From a virus, in IMG/VR virus record IMGVR_UViG_3300021171_000006, positions 27,354-91,353 of that record: a stretch of DNA of 64,000 nucleotides; one strand, written 5' to 3'. Position numbers and translations under genes: made by a program. Positions 40,446-51,967 of the stretch are shown piece after piece. The stretch's first letter is position 1. The number at the start of each line of letters is the position of its first letter. The notes beneath the pieces are model-generated. The model ran no database searches. It had not been told where the DNA came from and saw only the letters and a program-made list of their open reading frames with translations.

Positions 40446-43400
40446 TGCTCCCCGTATCGTCTCACCGTGGCCTCGCCATCGGTGATGTGGTGGACGTGAA
40501 TCCACTGCCGACGCTCCATGCTCTCGTCGTAGTGGTCGGTATCGGGCCAGACCGGCGAGATGATGAGCGCGCCGGTCTGGCCGTGTTGGCATGGCGCCGT
40601 TTGGCCCCACCCGATCACGAACCAATCAGCGTCTTCGTGGTCTGTGATGACGGTCCCGATGGGGAAAGCGCGGGCGAGCGCGAGCACTTCCGGCGGGCGA
40701 TCCTCGCGCCACGCGATGAAATCCTCCCCGTCCGGCTCCGGCTGCGGTGACAGACGAGTTTGCATGGTGGATTTCATTTTCACTCCTCCTCGAACAAATC
40801 CGGGTGCGCTGGAGTTTGCACGGCAAAGAGGTCGCCCGGCGGCAGCTGGGGTTTGCGCGCCCTCAACTTGCCGCTTCCGGTGGCCTCGCGCGCTGCAGCG
40901 GCTTGCCGGGCCGATCGCTCGGCGCCGGGCAGCACGATCTGCTCCCCTTGGTCGGTTCGCTCGGTGGTCATGTACCCTCCTTTGCTTGCCTGATCGCCTC
41001 TCGCAACCGCGATCTGGCGCAATGCGCATTGCGAGGAAAGCCGTTAGAGACTGGCCGCAAATCCGCGAGCGCTGCCTCAGCGGCGGCGATTAGTTCGAGC
41101 AAAGCGGCGCGCTCGGTCGTCATTGCACCCGCTCCCCTGTCCATCCTTGTTGCGCCATGCACTCATCCCGCGCGGTGTCGATGATCTGGCCGCGGTTCGG
41201 GTCGCCCATCGTGCTCCCCAGCAGCAGCGTTGGCAGCAGTCCCGGCAGGACGGGCGGCGGGTGAGCCTGAGCCGCCGCGACCGTAGCCCCGATACAGTTC
41301 CACAAGGCGGCATGCACGTTTGCCGCCGGCGGGTGTAGCGGGTCCGGGTGGTAGACCGTGACGGTGCACCCTCCCAGCGCCAGAGATGCGACGGCGAGCG
41401 CCGCGAGGGGAGATAGTCGGGTCATTCTGCAGCCTCCTTGGTTGCGGTCGGCAATGTTCCACCTGGAACATTTCGGCGGCATAGTGTGACGGGCCCGGAC
41501 GCGATGCCGGGCCCGCTGCGCTAGGTCGTCAATGCAAGGCGTCGCCAAACCCTAAGCGGGTGAACGCCTCGGTGATTTTCTCGGTCGTCGGGCGGTCGGG
41601 CCAGCCGGGATCAATGCCGAGCCAGTATCCGGCCTCCCTGTTCCACTCGATCGTTTTCGTCATCTCGGCGACGAAATCGGCCGCGCTGTCGCATTTGGTG
41701 AGCGTCGTGTCGCCCTCGCAGTAATTGAAAATCTCGAAGGTGATCGGGTTCGCCCAGGTGCCGTAATAGCTGGCGTCCTGTTTGGTGTCGACTTGCGCCC
41801 ATCCCGTCGCCGGCGAAAGGCGCTCGTCGTACTTGTACCGCTCGCCGCCGAAGTCTGAGCCGCGTGTGATTGTTGCCATTGGTCAAACCTCCTTTAGCAG
41901 CATGTCCTCGGCGTCCTGCACAAACAGGAATCCGAGCTCCTCGGTCTTGATGACGCAACCGCGCCGTTGCCGCGCATTGTCGGGCAGGCAAAAGAGGCCG
42001 ATCAGCGCCGATGACGAGGTGTAGGCGGTCTGTCGATAGCCAAGATGCTTAGCCATGCGCTCGGCTTCTGCGAAGTCGTCGCCCGAAAATTCAAGCTGGG
42101 TAAGAGTGGTCATCGTTCCCATCCTCCTGTTGAACTGTTCAGCCGAGATCGCGCGGGCTGTCGTCGTGCGTCAGAAACTCGCCGTCGATCATCGGCACTC
42201 CCCACGCGACGCACCCGTGACCATTGGCGACCGGGACATAGATCGCCCCGACCCCGTACCGTGCCCGTCGCTCAGCGACGCGCGCCCACGTCCAGCCTGC
42301 AGGGAGGGTGAACCCCTGCGCCACGTACCCTTCCTCGATCTTTGTCATTCTCGAACCCCTCCCTAAACCCTGCGCCAATCGGAATAGGCGCGCGCCTCGT
42401 ACCCCTCGCGCCGGCAATCCTCACAGAACCCGCACTCAAACGGGTATGGCTTGGGCAGACCTAACCCCGGACAGGCAGGCGCCATCTTGCGCCCGACCCA
42501 AACCGCCGGCTTGCCGCACTCATGGCCATAGGTGCCAAGCTCCGCATTGTGGCAGCGCCCATCTGTCGCATAGAGGTTCGCCATCGTCTCAGCCCTCCCT
42601 CGCGCCGTTGACCATCGAGCGCGGCCCGTACTGCATAGCGATGCGCTCGGCGTCGTCGACCGTCTGCAAATGCGGGTTGCCTTGTCCGTGGTCGCGCATG
42701 AACTCTGCCCCGCGTTTGGTGCGGAAAGGCCCGACAACGGCGTTATAGGAGCTTCCGTGGGTTTCCCACGTCGGGACATAGGCGCAGCGAAACACTTCCC
42801 GCACATAGCGGTGCGGCTGCACGGCAAGCCCGAGATAGAATTTTGTCGCCATCTCTTCAGCCCTCCAACATCTCGGCGCCATTGTCGCGCGCCCATTCCT
42901 TCGCCAGTTTTCGGGCGCTCGCCTCGGTACGGCAGAACCGCTCGCTCAGCCGTCGCCCCATCGCGTTCCAATCTCGCGGCGTCGCAGGCTGATAGAGCGA
43001 CACCCGCCACCCGCGCCTTCCCCAATCGTTGCAGGTCACGATCAGCCTCGGCGCAGACACGTCCCCCGCTACTCCCTCGCTCCGTGTCGTCATTGGCTGA
43101 TTTCCTCCATGATGCGCGCGTATTCCGCGTCGCGATCTTCCTTCGCCTTGCGATAGGCCGCGACCTTCTCGCCGAGCGTCGAGCCGCGCCAGTAGAGCTT
43201 TGCGGCCTCGTATCGCCGATCAGCCGCCCGAAGCCGCTTCGCCACTTCCGGGTCATTCGTGACCCAACCGGGTGTCGCCATCCCTCATCCCTCCCTGCTG
43301 CTGTACGCGTCCGCTAGCGGATAACCAACCGCCAGACCCCTTCACGTCGAGCGCTCGCGCCAGGTCGCCTTGCCACGCCGACCCGAAGCAAGCCTCACCC

Positions 43401-43480
43401 ACCGCACACAGCAACGACGCCCCTGAGGGCGCCGCGCCGTGGTCTGTTGCCCGCTCAGTCATGCGGGTTGCCATCCTCTC
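40442..43480 (-). other. cluster of small leftward early genes, including a lipoprotein (41120-41425, LGG|C) and a truncated HTH (43253-43474)
   Basis: packed ORFs with clear RBSs. Confidence 0.65.
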
Positions 43481-43701
43481 ATTCCCATTTCGCGCTCTAC
43501 GATCCCGAGCGTGGAACCGCGTCGCGTTCCATCTGTCGCTCCCTCGTGTGTGATGCGGAGAAATTCGCCTCTCCCCGGAAAATCCGCGCGGTGCCCGGAA
43601 TCCGGGAGTTTGCATGGCGTAGCGGCCAGTCTGAGTCGGAAACGGTGCCGGCGATGCTCGACATGGTGCCCTCAGACCGTAACGCCACATGAACCTATGA
43701 C

Positions 43702-43730
43702 TATATGGCACCTGTGCGCCATGATATCAA
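43702..43730 (-). promoter_or_regulatory. leftward promoter with operator palindrome in the spacer
   Basis: reverse complement TTGATA-N17-CATATA; ATGGCGC-N4-GTGCCAT. Confidence 0.55.
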
Positions 43731-43953
43731 TATCAAAACCATGTGGCAGCGAAAATAATCTCTGTCGGGCTCGCCGCATGGGGAGGGTCACCTGTCACCC
43801 TGCCGGGCGCCCTCAGCGGTGCACCAAGCCGGCATCCCGTCGCCGCAGCGTCGCGGCCCCGTCAAGATCGTGCGGATCGATGGGACGCGCGCGCCGTATT
43901 CGAGAGGGACGCTAGCGTTTCGTTTCCCGGGGATTTTTGGGTTTCCTGGCATC

Positions 43954-43997
43954 GTTAGATTTACGTTAGACAATGCGGTTAGAGTGTGTTAGACAAT
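43954..43997 (+). repeat. four GTTAGA direct repeats
   Basis: at 43954, 43965, 43978 and 43988. Confidence 0.7.
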
Positions 43998-44001
43998 AGG
44001 G

Positions 44002-44673
44002 ATGTTATCGCAGAAATGCAGGATTTGCGGCGAGCGTCATCCGTTGGGTCCGTGTCCCAATCCGAAGGCGCGTCGTTCGAGGGCAGCGGGGAAACGTCCT
44101 GTTCCCAGCGTGAGGCCCCAAACCTCCAAGCCGGCGCCGGCCTTGGGAGCGAGTAGGGTCGAGCAACAGCGCAACACCAAGGGCGTGACCAGGCCGGGAG
44201 AGCAGCGGCCACCTATTACCGAGATGATTGAGCGGCAACCGGAACCGGGATCTGCGTCGGCGGCGGTCTCCGCCAAGTTCGACAAGAAGGCGTATCAGCG
44301 CGAGTACATGCGCAGGTGGAGACTGGAACATTCTGACGATGCCCCGAAAGCGCTCTATCGGCATTTTGCCGCCAGCGGACAGTTGCTATACGTTGGGGTG
44401 TCTGAAAACGTCGAGCGGCGAAACGCGGAACACGCGCGGTCATCCCCTTGGTGGAAAGATGTGGTGCAGAGCGAGGTTGAGTATTTCGGAACCACGATTG
44501 AAGCACTTGCGGCCGAGAGTAGGGCGGTAGCTGCCGAAGCGCCCCTTCACAACCAGCTTCTTGCTGCGGCGACGCTTGCTCCTCACGGAGAGTGTTCCGC
44601 CTGTGACACCAAGCGCACGCTTGACGCGGCGCGGCAGCAGCGGATGCGAGACAAGCGAAAGGGGAAGGCATGA
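44002..44673 (+). CDS. GIY-YIG domain protein
   Basis: ALYRHFAASGQLLYVGVS...R...H...WW. Confidence 0.75.
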   Translation: MLSQKCRICGERHPLGPCPNPKARRSRAAGKRPVPSVRPQTSKPAPALGASRVEQQRNTKGVTRPGEQRPPITEMIERQPEPGSASAAVSAKFDKKAYQREYMRRWRLEHSDDAPKALYRHFAASGQLLYVGVSENVERRNAEHARSSPWWKDVVQSEVEYFGTTIEALAAESRAVAAEAPLHNQLLAAATLAPHGECSACDTKRTLDAARQQRMRDKRKGKA

Positions 44674-45104
44674 CGCACATCTATGTGGCGGGGTCGAGCC
44701 GAGACGGACCGTTAAAGATCGGGATTACGACCAATACGAAAAAGCGGCTTGCCCAACTGCAAACTGGCTGCGCTGTGTCGCTGCGAATCTACTGGTCGCT
44801 TGATGTGCCTCCATCTCAGGCGGCTCGGGTCGAACGTGAGGCTCATACCTGTTTTTCGCCAGAGTGATTGTCGGGCGAGTGGTTCTTGATCCCGGTTGAG
44901 ATGGCCGTCGAGGCGATTATGCGCCTCACGGAACGCCAGCGCCCTCAGCGGATGACAGAGGTCTACCCCGGGCTATACGCCATCGGGGAGATCTTTCTGG
45001 CGTCCGAGGCCGATACATCGCCACCCCATAACGGATATTGGGGCGCAGACTGGCATTGGTTTCCGCCGACAGCGAAGCCAGTTGATCTTTTGGGGATCTG
45101 GTGA
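44670..45104 (+). pseudogene. GIY-YIG (T5orf172/Mug113-like) with in-frame TGA
   Basis: IYV...LKIGIT...RLAQLQTG...PE*LSGEWF. Confidence 0.7.
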
Positions 45105-45171
45105 TGCGGCAGTATCGCCAGCGCCTGCGGGAGGATCGTCTCCGGGAGCGATCCGAGACGGAGGAAGACTG

Positions 45172-45348
45172 ATGCGCCAAGAGCCGCCGTCGAAGGTCCG
45201 AATTGTTCATGTGCCGACGGGGATTGTCGTCGAATGCGAAGGCAGGTCCACGGCACGCGAGAACCGGAGCGAGGCAATGCGGATGCTGAGGAGCCGATTG
45301 TGGCTGCGTCATTTGGTTGACCAGCAAAGGCCGGAGAACGCCCAGTGA
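45172..45348 (+). CDS. class I release-factor domain-3 fragment lacking GGQ
   Basis: SKVRIVHVPTGIVVECEGRSTARENRSEAMRMLRSRL. Confidence 0.7.
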   Translation: MRQEPPSKVRIVHVPTGIVVECEGRSTARENRSEAMRMLRSRLWLRHLVDQQRPENAQ

Positions 45349-47473
45349 TGCGCCAGCGCCGGGCGAAGCAACGGGAGGGTGGCTGATGATCGAGACCATT
45401 GTAGAGCGGGTTGCCAGGGTTTTGTGGGAATTGCGCCCGCGCGCCCTTGCCGCGCTGCATTGGGACGACGCTGGCGAGGGTTGGCGATCGGAGTACCGCC
45501 TTAAGGCAGAACGCGCTATCGCCGAGTACGAGGTGGCACTCGCCGGGGCGGGTATGGTCATTCGCCCAAGAGCGCCAACCGAGAAGATGATCTCGGATGT
45601 GGTCGACAATTTCGACTTTGGCCCGGATCGGGATGCTAGAAATTGGGCTGTTGGTGTGTGGGAGACGATGGTCGATGCCTACGAGAGGGGCGGGTCATGA
45701 GGTTCCAACGTCGAGCGCACCGAGGATCGCGACCGGAAGGCTTAGGCCACCCTAAGCCGACGCTGTATACGGCGGAGAGCTACCGGGCGAGATTTGTGCG
45801 GCCGGGGCCGAACGCGTCGCTCAACAGGTTAATGCGTTGGGTGAGGATGAGGCGGCAAGAGATTGAAGGGAAAGGGGAGACGGCATGAGAAAGGCCAAAA
45901 AGCTACGACACTGCGAATGGCCGTTCGGTGAGATCTTCCTTCGACGCTGCGGAGGCGAGTGCGATGGCCGGCATGTGCACGTGCAAATCGGCCAAGAAGG
46001 CGAAATACCGCTCGGCGATCACGTGACCGACGCAGCTGGCGCGCGGGAGATCGCCGCCCATCTCTGTGAACTCGCTGAGGAAATTGAGGCCGCTGGCCTG
46101 CAACCAAAGGTGCATTGAGCCATGAGCAAGGAGATCCAGATCGAGGAAGGGCCGCCGCCCGATCCCCTCCGCTGTCCTGTTCATGGCGGCTTCGTGGTGG
46201 ATCTGTATGGTGGCCGGCATTGCAACTTTACAGACTGCGATTGGACGGTCCTACCGAAAGAACGACCGTGTACCCGCCACCCGAGCGAAGCCCCGGTTCC
46301 GTGCCAGCACAAGGGGGCGTTTTCAGAATGCGCTCCTGCCGCCTTTCGTGATGCGGTGATCGCCGGGTTGCGGGAGCGCGGGTGGCCCGAGCCGAGCGAA
46401 AACTCGTCGCTGACATGCCCTATGTGGCAATCTGTCGAGTATGGGCCTCCCGTAGTTGAGTGCGAACTTCAAGATGCGCCAGACAACATCTTGATTTCGT
46501 TTGAGGCTAGCGACAGATGGGTCGGCGAGATGACGCTTGGCGCCGGGATGGCTGCGCCGGAGATAGTCGAGGCGATCGACCGGCTGCGCTGGGTGATCGG
46601 GCTGCCGCCCTTGGTTGCGCCGATCAAGAAACCGGAGCCGGCCCGGCGCGGTACGCGTGGCAGACCCGTGCTATGAGCGGCGGGATGCTTGAACTCTACA
46701 AGGCTTCTCCGGCCATGCTCGCGTTGCTCAAGAACGCCTACCGAGCCAAAGAGCCGTTCCTGACGCCCCGACAGCAGGCGGCTCTGGACGACTATTGGGC
46801 CGCCAAAACGCACCAGGAAGAGCACTGGGCCTATGTTCGGTATCTGCGCGCGGGTGGCGCGCCGGCGTGGGGCGAGACGGCTGAAGAGGCCGAGCGGATC
46901 AAGAACTGCCCGGGGTGCCCGCCGCCTCTCGTCGCTGATGCTATCCCAGGAGGCATCTTCAACCCGGTCGGCAGCGCCGAGAAGCGGCGAGAGACCGACC
47001 AACAGGCCGGGCCGCGACCCTCACCGGAGCCGGATCATCCCGACGTACCGCCCAGCGAGCGGGGGTTCGGCACATGACCGGGCAGCGCATCCCGAGTTTC
47101 GGGGCAGATGTCGGACGCGGGCCTGGGGGCCGGTTTGTCAAGCTCGATCTGCCGAAGCCTGCTAGGCGCCCAACGCTGCAGCAGCGCTTCGACAAAGCCA
47201 AGGCGAGACAACCCATCGATGAGCCGCCGGTCCAGCGCTATCGAACGACGTTCACCGAGATGTGGCGGAAGGTGTTCGGGTAATGCTGATCCCCGACGGC
47301 GACCTACAGTACCATCTGGTCATGCAGATCATGCGCGGGCGTATGCTGATGTCCTATTGGCGCGCGTACCGGGGCGGTGAGTTGGTCAGCGATTTCTGGG
47401 TCTGGGACCCGGCGGATCCGCCTCCGACCGCCGAGCCGGCCAACAACAACGATTTCGAGGAAAGGGTCGCAGC

Positions 47474-48733
47474 ATGACCGTCCGCATCGAGAAGTTGCCA
47501 AGCGGTCTCAGGATCGTTACCGATTCGTTCGATAGCCCGCTCGCCGTCCTCCAGGTCTCGGTTGAGGTCGGCACCCGGTGGGAGCCGCCGCACCTCAATG
47601 GTCTGGCACATTTCCTTGAACACATGGCGTTCAAGGGCACCCTCCGGCGCACGGCAAGCGATATCAGCGAAGCGATTGAGAACCGGGGCGGCTGGATCAA
47701 TGCCGGAACCGGGAAGGACATCACCAACTATTATACCGGCGTCCTGGCGGAAGACGCGCCCGTAGCACTCGACGTGCTTGCGGACATCGTGTGCAACTCC
47801 ACGCTACCGGAGGAGGAATTCGAGCGCGAGCGCGGTGTGATCTTGCAGGAGATCGCCGACCTTGAAGACGAGCCAATGAGTTGGCTCGCTGATCGCATGA
47901 TGGAAATTACGTTCATCGGTGGCCTGGGAATGCCGGGGCTCGGCTCTCCCGAAACGCTGAGAAGGATTGAGGTCAGCGATCTTGCCAACCTAGTGGCGGC
48001 TCATTACGAGCCGGGCACGATCATCGTTTCGGCTGCAGGCGGGGTCGACCATGACGCTATCACGCGGGCTGCCGAGCAATTGTTCGACCTCGGCCACCGC
48101 GAGGTTTCCAAACGGCACGAAAGCCGCAAGTCCGAATTCTTCGGTGGGAACAGTTTTCGTCAGGCCCGCAAAACCGATCAGGTGCAGATCATTGTTGCCT
48201 TTCCGTCGTTCTCGCTCGGCGACCCCGATCTCTATGCCGATTGCGTCCTGCAAAAAATCATCGGGGGATGTAGCACAAGCCGTCTGTGGCGGGCGCTGCG
48301 GGAAGATCGCGGGCTCTGCTATGATGTCTATTCCTCAGCCCAGGCATGGCGCGAGGCCGGCATTGTCGGCGTAAAATTGTCAACTGGAGCCGACTCGGCG
48401 GCTGAGGCGATCTCCGCGCTCGTCACCGAATTGCAAAAGGTACGGGATGCCGGCCTCACCGACGAGGAGTTGGCGCGCGGTAAAAAGCTGATGCGCGCCG
48501 AAATCGTCATGGAGAATGAATCGGCGGCGTCCCGTGTTGGCGCTGTCGCGCACCATCTGGCAATCCATGATCGCGCTTACGATCTGAATGAGGAGTTGGA
48601 CCGGTTCGCCGCAGTCGATCATCGCGCCATCGGTCGGTGTATCGAGCGGATGTGGTCAACGCCGGCGGCTGTCGCGATCCGCGGCCCGAAGCGCATCGTC
48701 GAAACTGACATTCAGGAAATGCTGCGTGCCTGA
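47474..48733 (+). CDS. M16 family (pitrilysin/MPP-like) zinc peptidase
   Basis: GLAHFLEHMAFKGT; INAGT; EFERERGVILQE; SRLW..LREDRGLCY. Confidence 0.95.
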   Translation: MTVRIEKLPSGLRIVTDSFDSPLAVLQVSVEVGTRWEPPHLNGLAHFLEHMAFKGTLRRTASDISEAIENRGGWINAGTGKDITNYYTGVLAEDAPVALDVLADIVCNSTLPEEEFERERGVILQEIADLEDEPMSWLADRMMEITFIGGLGMPGLGSPETLRRIEVSDLANLVAAHYEPGTIIVSAAGGVDHDAITRAAEQLFDLGHREVSKRHESRKSEFFGGNSFRQARKTDQVQIIVAFPSFSLGDPDLYADCVLQKIIGGCSTSRLWRALREDRGLCYDVYSSAQAWREAGIVGVKLSTGADSAAEAISALVTELQKVRDAGLTDEELARGKKLMRAEIVMENESAASRVGAVAHHLAIHDRAYDLNEELDRFAAVDHRAIGRCIERMWSTPAAVAIRGPKRIVETDIQEMLRA

Positions 48734-49373
48734 TCTCTACGCGACCATAGGCGTCCCGCGCAGCGCCACCAAGGCGGAGATCCGCAAGGCCTACCGCAAG
48801 GCGGCAAAACGCGCCCACCCTGACGGGGGAGGCTCGCCCGAAGCCTTTCGCCGGGTGCAGACCGCGCAACTGGTGCTGATCGACGACGCTCGCCGCGCCC
48901 GCTACGACGAGACCGGGAAATTCGAGGATGACCCGCCCGTCGATATCCGCGAGGCCATGGCGCTCGAACAGGTGTCGCTCGCGCTGGATATCGCGCTGGC
49001 GAACGTGATGCGGTTCAACGGCGACCCTCGCCAAGCCGATATGACGGCCGAGACCAAGAAGGTGATCGGCGAACTGCGGCGCAAGGTGGACCAGGAAATC
49101 GCGGCCTTTGAAAAGGCGGCGACGCAATGGGAGAAGCTGCGCAACCGGTTCGCCGCAAAGAAAGAGGGTGTCCCGAATCGGCTTGAGGCGCTCGTCGCCG
49201 GTAAGCTGAGCCAGATCACGATGATGACGGCGCAGGCAAAGAGCCGGCACGAATCGCTGGGTGCCGCTGAAGCGATCCTCGACGCCCATACCTATCGCCG
49301 GGACAAAGCGGAGTCGGCTCCGCAGGGGCCGATGAATATGAGCCTCGCGCAACTCATGGGAAGGGGATTCTGA
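48726..49373 (+). CDS. J-domain (DnaJ-like) protein
   Basis: DLYATIGV...AT..EIRKAYRK.AKR.HPD...RARYDETG. Confidence 0.9.
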   Translation: MPDLYATIGVPRSATKAEIRKAYRKAAKRAHPDGGGSPEAFRRVQTAQLVLIDDARRARYDETGKFEDDPPVDIREAMALEQVSLALDIALANVMRFNGDPRQADMTAETKKVIGELRRKVDQEIAAFEKAATQWEKLRNRFAAKKEGVPNRLEALVAGKLSQITMMTAQAKSRHESLGAAEAILDAHTYRRDKAESAPQGPMNMSLAQLMGRGF

Positions 49374-50364
49374 TGGCTGATAACCTACACAACATCATGA
49401 AATTCCATGACATCGTGGAGGGGGAAGACCCCGATTGGTCCGAATGCGGGCAGGCGTGTTATGAGCAAATCCCCTTCCCCTCCGGAACACTTGTACCAGC
49501 AGGCATTTTGGGCGAAGGAAAATGGGCTGACCGAACCACGCTCATAGCGATCCATGCTGGCACCCGCTTTTGGCGAAAGAACGTCACGCTGGCCGCATAC
49601 GGGCCGCCGCAGCGATATAAAATGTGTCCGGAGTTGCAGGAAATTATCGACCGTTGGTTTGCCACGCGAGGCGGCTAAGACCACGATTGGGACGAGAACG
49701 AGACTTCGATCAAGGACGATATCCTGTCACCGAAGATTTGGTGGCACCGGAAATGATTAGCGCCGAAGAGGCAAGAGCCAGGTTGGCCGCCCACATCGCC
49801 GAACAAGATGCCATTCGTGGTCGCCCTCTGACCGAGACGGAGAAAGTTCGTAACCTATTCCGGGCTATTTATTCGGATGAGATTGATGCCGCTCGCGCAG
49901 AGGTACTTCAAGACGTATTGAAAATCATTGATGAAGAGGGATTTATTGACACCAAACGCGGGTGGAAACGAGTTCGGGAACGCATCTTCTCTTTAGCGGA
50001 GAAATAGAATGTCCGACGACAAGCCCACAGTGAACGGCTCGGCACCGAAGTCCGCCGTATCGCCCCATATGATCCTCCAAGCTGCCGCCACGTCAGCGAT
50101 CGGCGCTCAGGCTAATCTCCTGATGGCCTTCGGCGTCGATCTGCCGGGGACGATCAACCTGTTGTGCGAGGTGGCCTGCAATCTGATCGCGAGCATTGAA
50201 CCCCGCGAGCAGCGCGACCGGGTGATCAACGAGATCCGCCGGAACCTGCCCGATGTTGTCGCACGGCAGTATGACGCCCGTCATATGAGGGCGAGCGGGC
50301 TGGTGGTGCCGGGGAGACCGGGAGGGTCATAGACCCGTCACAGAATAAGGCGTACCCTGCGCGC

Positions 50365-50982
50365 GTGAGAACTCCGCCAATCAGACCCGATCAGCATTCC
50401 TCGTTTGACGATGCGCCTATTTGGGCGATCGAGCTTGCGTGGCGGATAGAGGCCAACCGTGAGCGGCTCGACGACAATCGCGAGCTGCTCGACTGGATCG
50501 TCGCAGAGCTTCGAGGCGAGCATAAGCTGCGCATCGCGGTTACCGACGACGTCATAACGATCCAGTCGGAACCAACGGCACCGGGGCCGACATCCCGGAT
50601 CAACTCCAAGGAGATCACCATGCCGCAGACCAGGACGATTACCCTCACCGCCACCCAGGTACACCTTCTCAGCCTCGGGCTCGTCAGCGATGCCAACGGG
50701 ACACCGGTTCCGATCCCCGCCGGCACCACGTTCGCGGCAACTTCGCCAAGCCCGGCGATCGGCGTCGTGGTCGACAACGCAGCGGACACGGTGGCCATCA
50801 ACGCGCTGACCCTCCCGAGCCCCAACACAGCGTCGATGGCATTTGACGTGACCGACGCCACCGATCCCACGGTCGTCGCACTTCACGTCGTTGTTCTTTA
50901 CCCCGTGCCCGTGGTCGACGACATCACGGTTACCGGCGATGTGGTGACCGCTCAGCCGGCGCCGACCACGCCCGGCCCCTAA
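50365..50982 (+). CDS. hypothetical protein with C-terminal Ig-like beta domain; possible internal start at 50620
   Basis: AAGGAG-N6-ATG in frame. Confidence 0.55.
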   Translation: MRTPPIRPDQHSSFDDAPIWAIELAWRIEANRERLDDNRELLDWIVAELRGEHKLRIAVTDDVITIQSEPTAPGPTSRINSKEITMPQTRTITLTATQVHLLSLGLVSDANGTPVPIPAGTTFAATSPSPAIGVVVDNAADTVAINALTLPSPNTASMAFDVTDATDPTVVALHVVVLYPVPVVDDITVTGDVVTAQPAPTTPGP

Positions 50983-51674
50983 CGTCGACGCAGGATATTG
51001 GAGAGCGCGCTTCTCAGGGACCCCGCGAGATTGGGTTCCGGCGCGCTCCCCAAATGGGGAACGGCCACTCGCCCCGTTCGGAATGAGACCGGGTGGTAGG
51101 CGGGCGTCGCGACCGACGGCCCCGGCGGGGTGATGATGGGCGTCAACTGGCGATTGGGAACGGGCGCGGCGAAGGGCGCTCCCCCTGTCTGCGGCGCAAC
51201 GATCTCCGGGGTGGCGGGCGGTGGTGCCGGCGGACCTGCGGCGCCGGGTATGCGCAGCGACATCATGCGGGATGATCCGGCCCCGACCGTCTCGACGGGT
51301 TGGCTATGGTAAGGGTCGCGCGGACCCAGAGGAAAGGCGATGCCGTATTCCGGCCCGGCGGCTTTGAGGTATGCCCATGCGCGAGGGGTGGCCCGGTTCC
51401 AATCGACCGCCATCCCATGATAGCGCTCATGCCAGGACGTTCCAGGCTTCGCCGCGAGGCCGCCGCCCGCGAGGTGATTGAGGTAGGCCTTCGTCTGCTG
51501 TTCCCAATCCCGGTAGCCGCTGGTGATCGCGTGGCGGAGTTCAGCCTGAAGGTCGGCGGGTGCGGCGGCGATCAACGCATTGACCCGGCCGGCCATGACC
51601 GTGTTCACTTTGAAGCCCGTTCCGATAATCGGGGCGACGCCGGCTTCCTCAAAGGGTAGGAGTTTGTCAGCCAT
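50979..51674 (-). CDS. M15 family zinc peptidoglycan peptidase with Pro-rich tail
   Basis: ITSGYR..EQQ; AKPGTSWH; AVD; DPYH. Confidence 0.8.
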   Translation of the reverse strand: MADKLLPFEEAGVAPIIGTGFKVNTVMAGRVNALIAAAPADLQAELRHAITSGYRDWEQQTKAYLNHLAGGGLAAKPGTSWHERYHGMAVDWNRATPRAWAYLKAAGPEYGIAFPLGPRDPYHSQPVETVGAGSSRMMSLRIPGAAGPPAPPPATPEIVAPQTGGAPFAAPVPNRQLTPIITPPGPSVATPAYHPVSFRTGRVAVPHLGSAPEPNLAGSLRSALSNILRRR

Positions 51675-51967
51675 GACCACCAAGAAAGATATCAGCGATG
51701 CCCGCCGCCTTTGGGATGAACGGGGATGGGACTACGCGACCCTCGGATGCGATCCGGGGACAGGTAGCGATGAATGCTTCGTCTGGATCTACGACTTCGC
51801 GGGACAGATAGCGTGGAGCGGCAGCCACGCCGAATTCGTAGCGTGGTCCGAACGCATGAGGGCGCATGATGGCGAGCGCATGATGGCGGCTGTTCGCGAT
51901 ATCGCCGAAGGGTTGTAATTTATCGACCATGGGCGTAATCATAGACCGCTACTGAAGGGGTAAGCAA

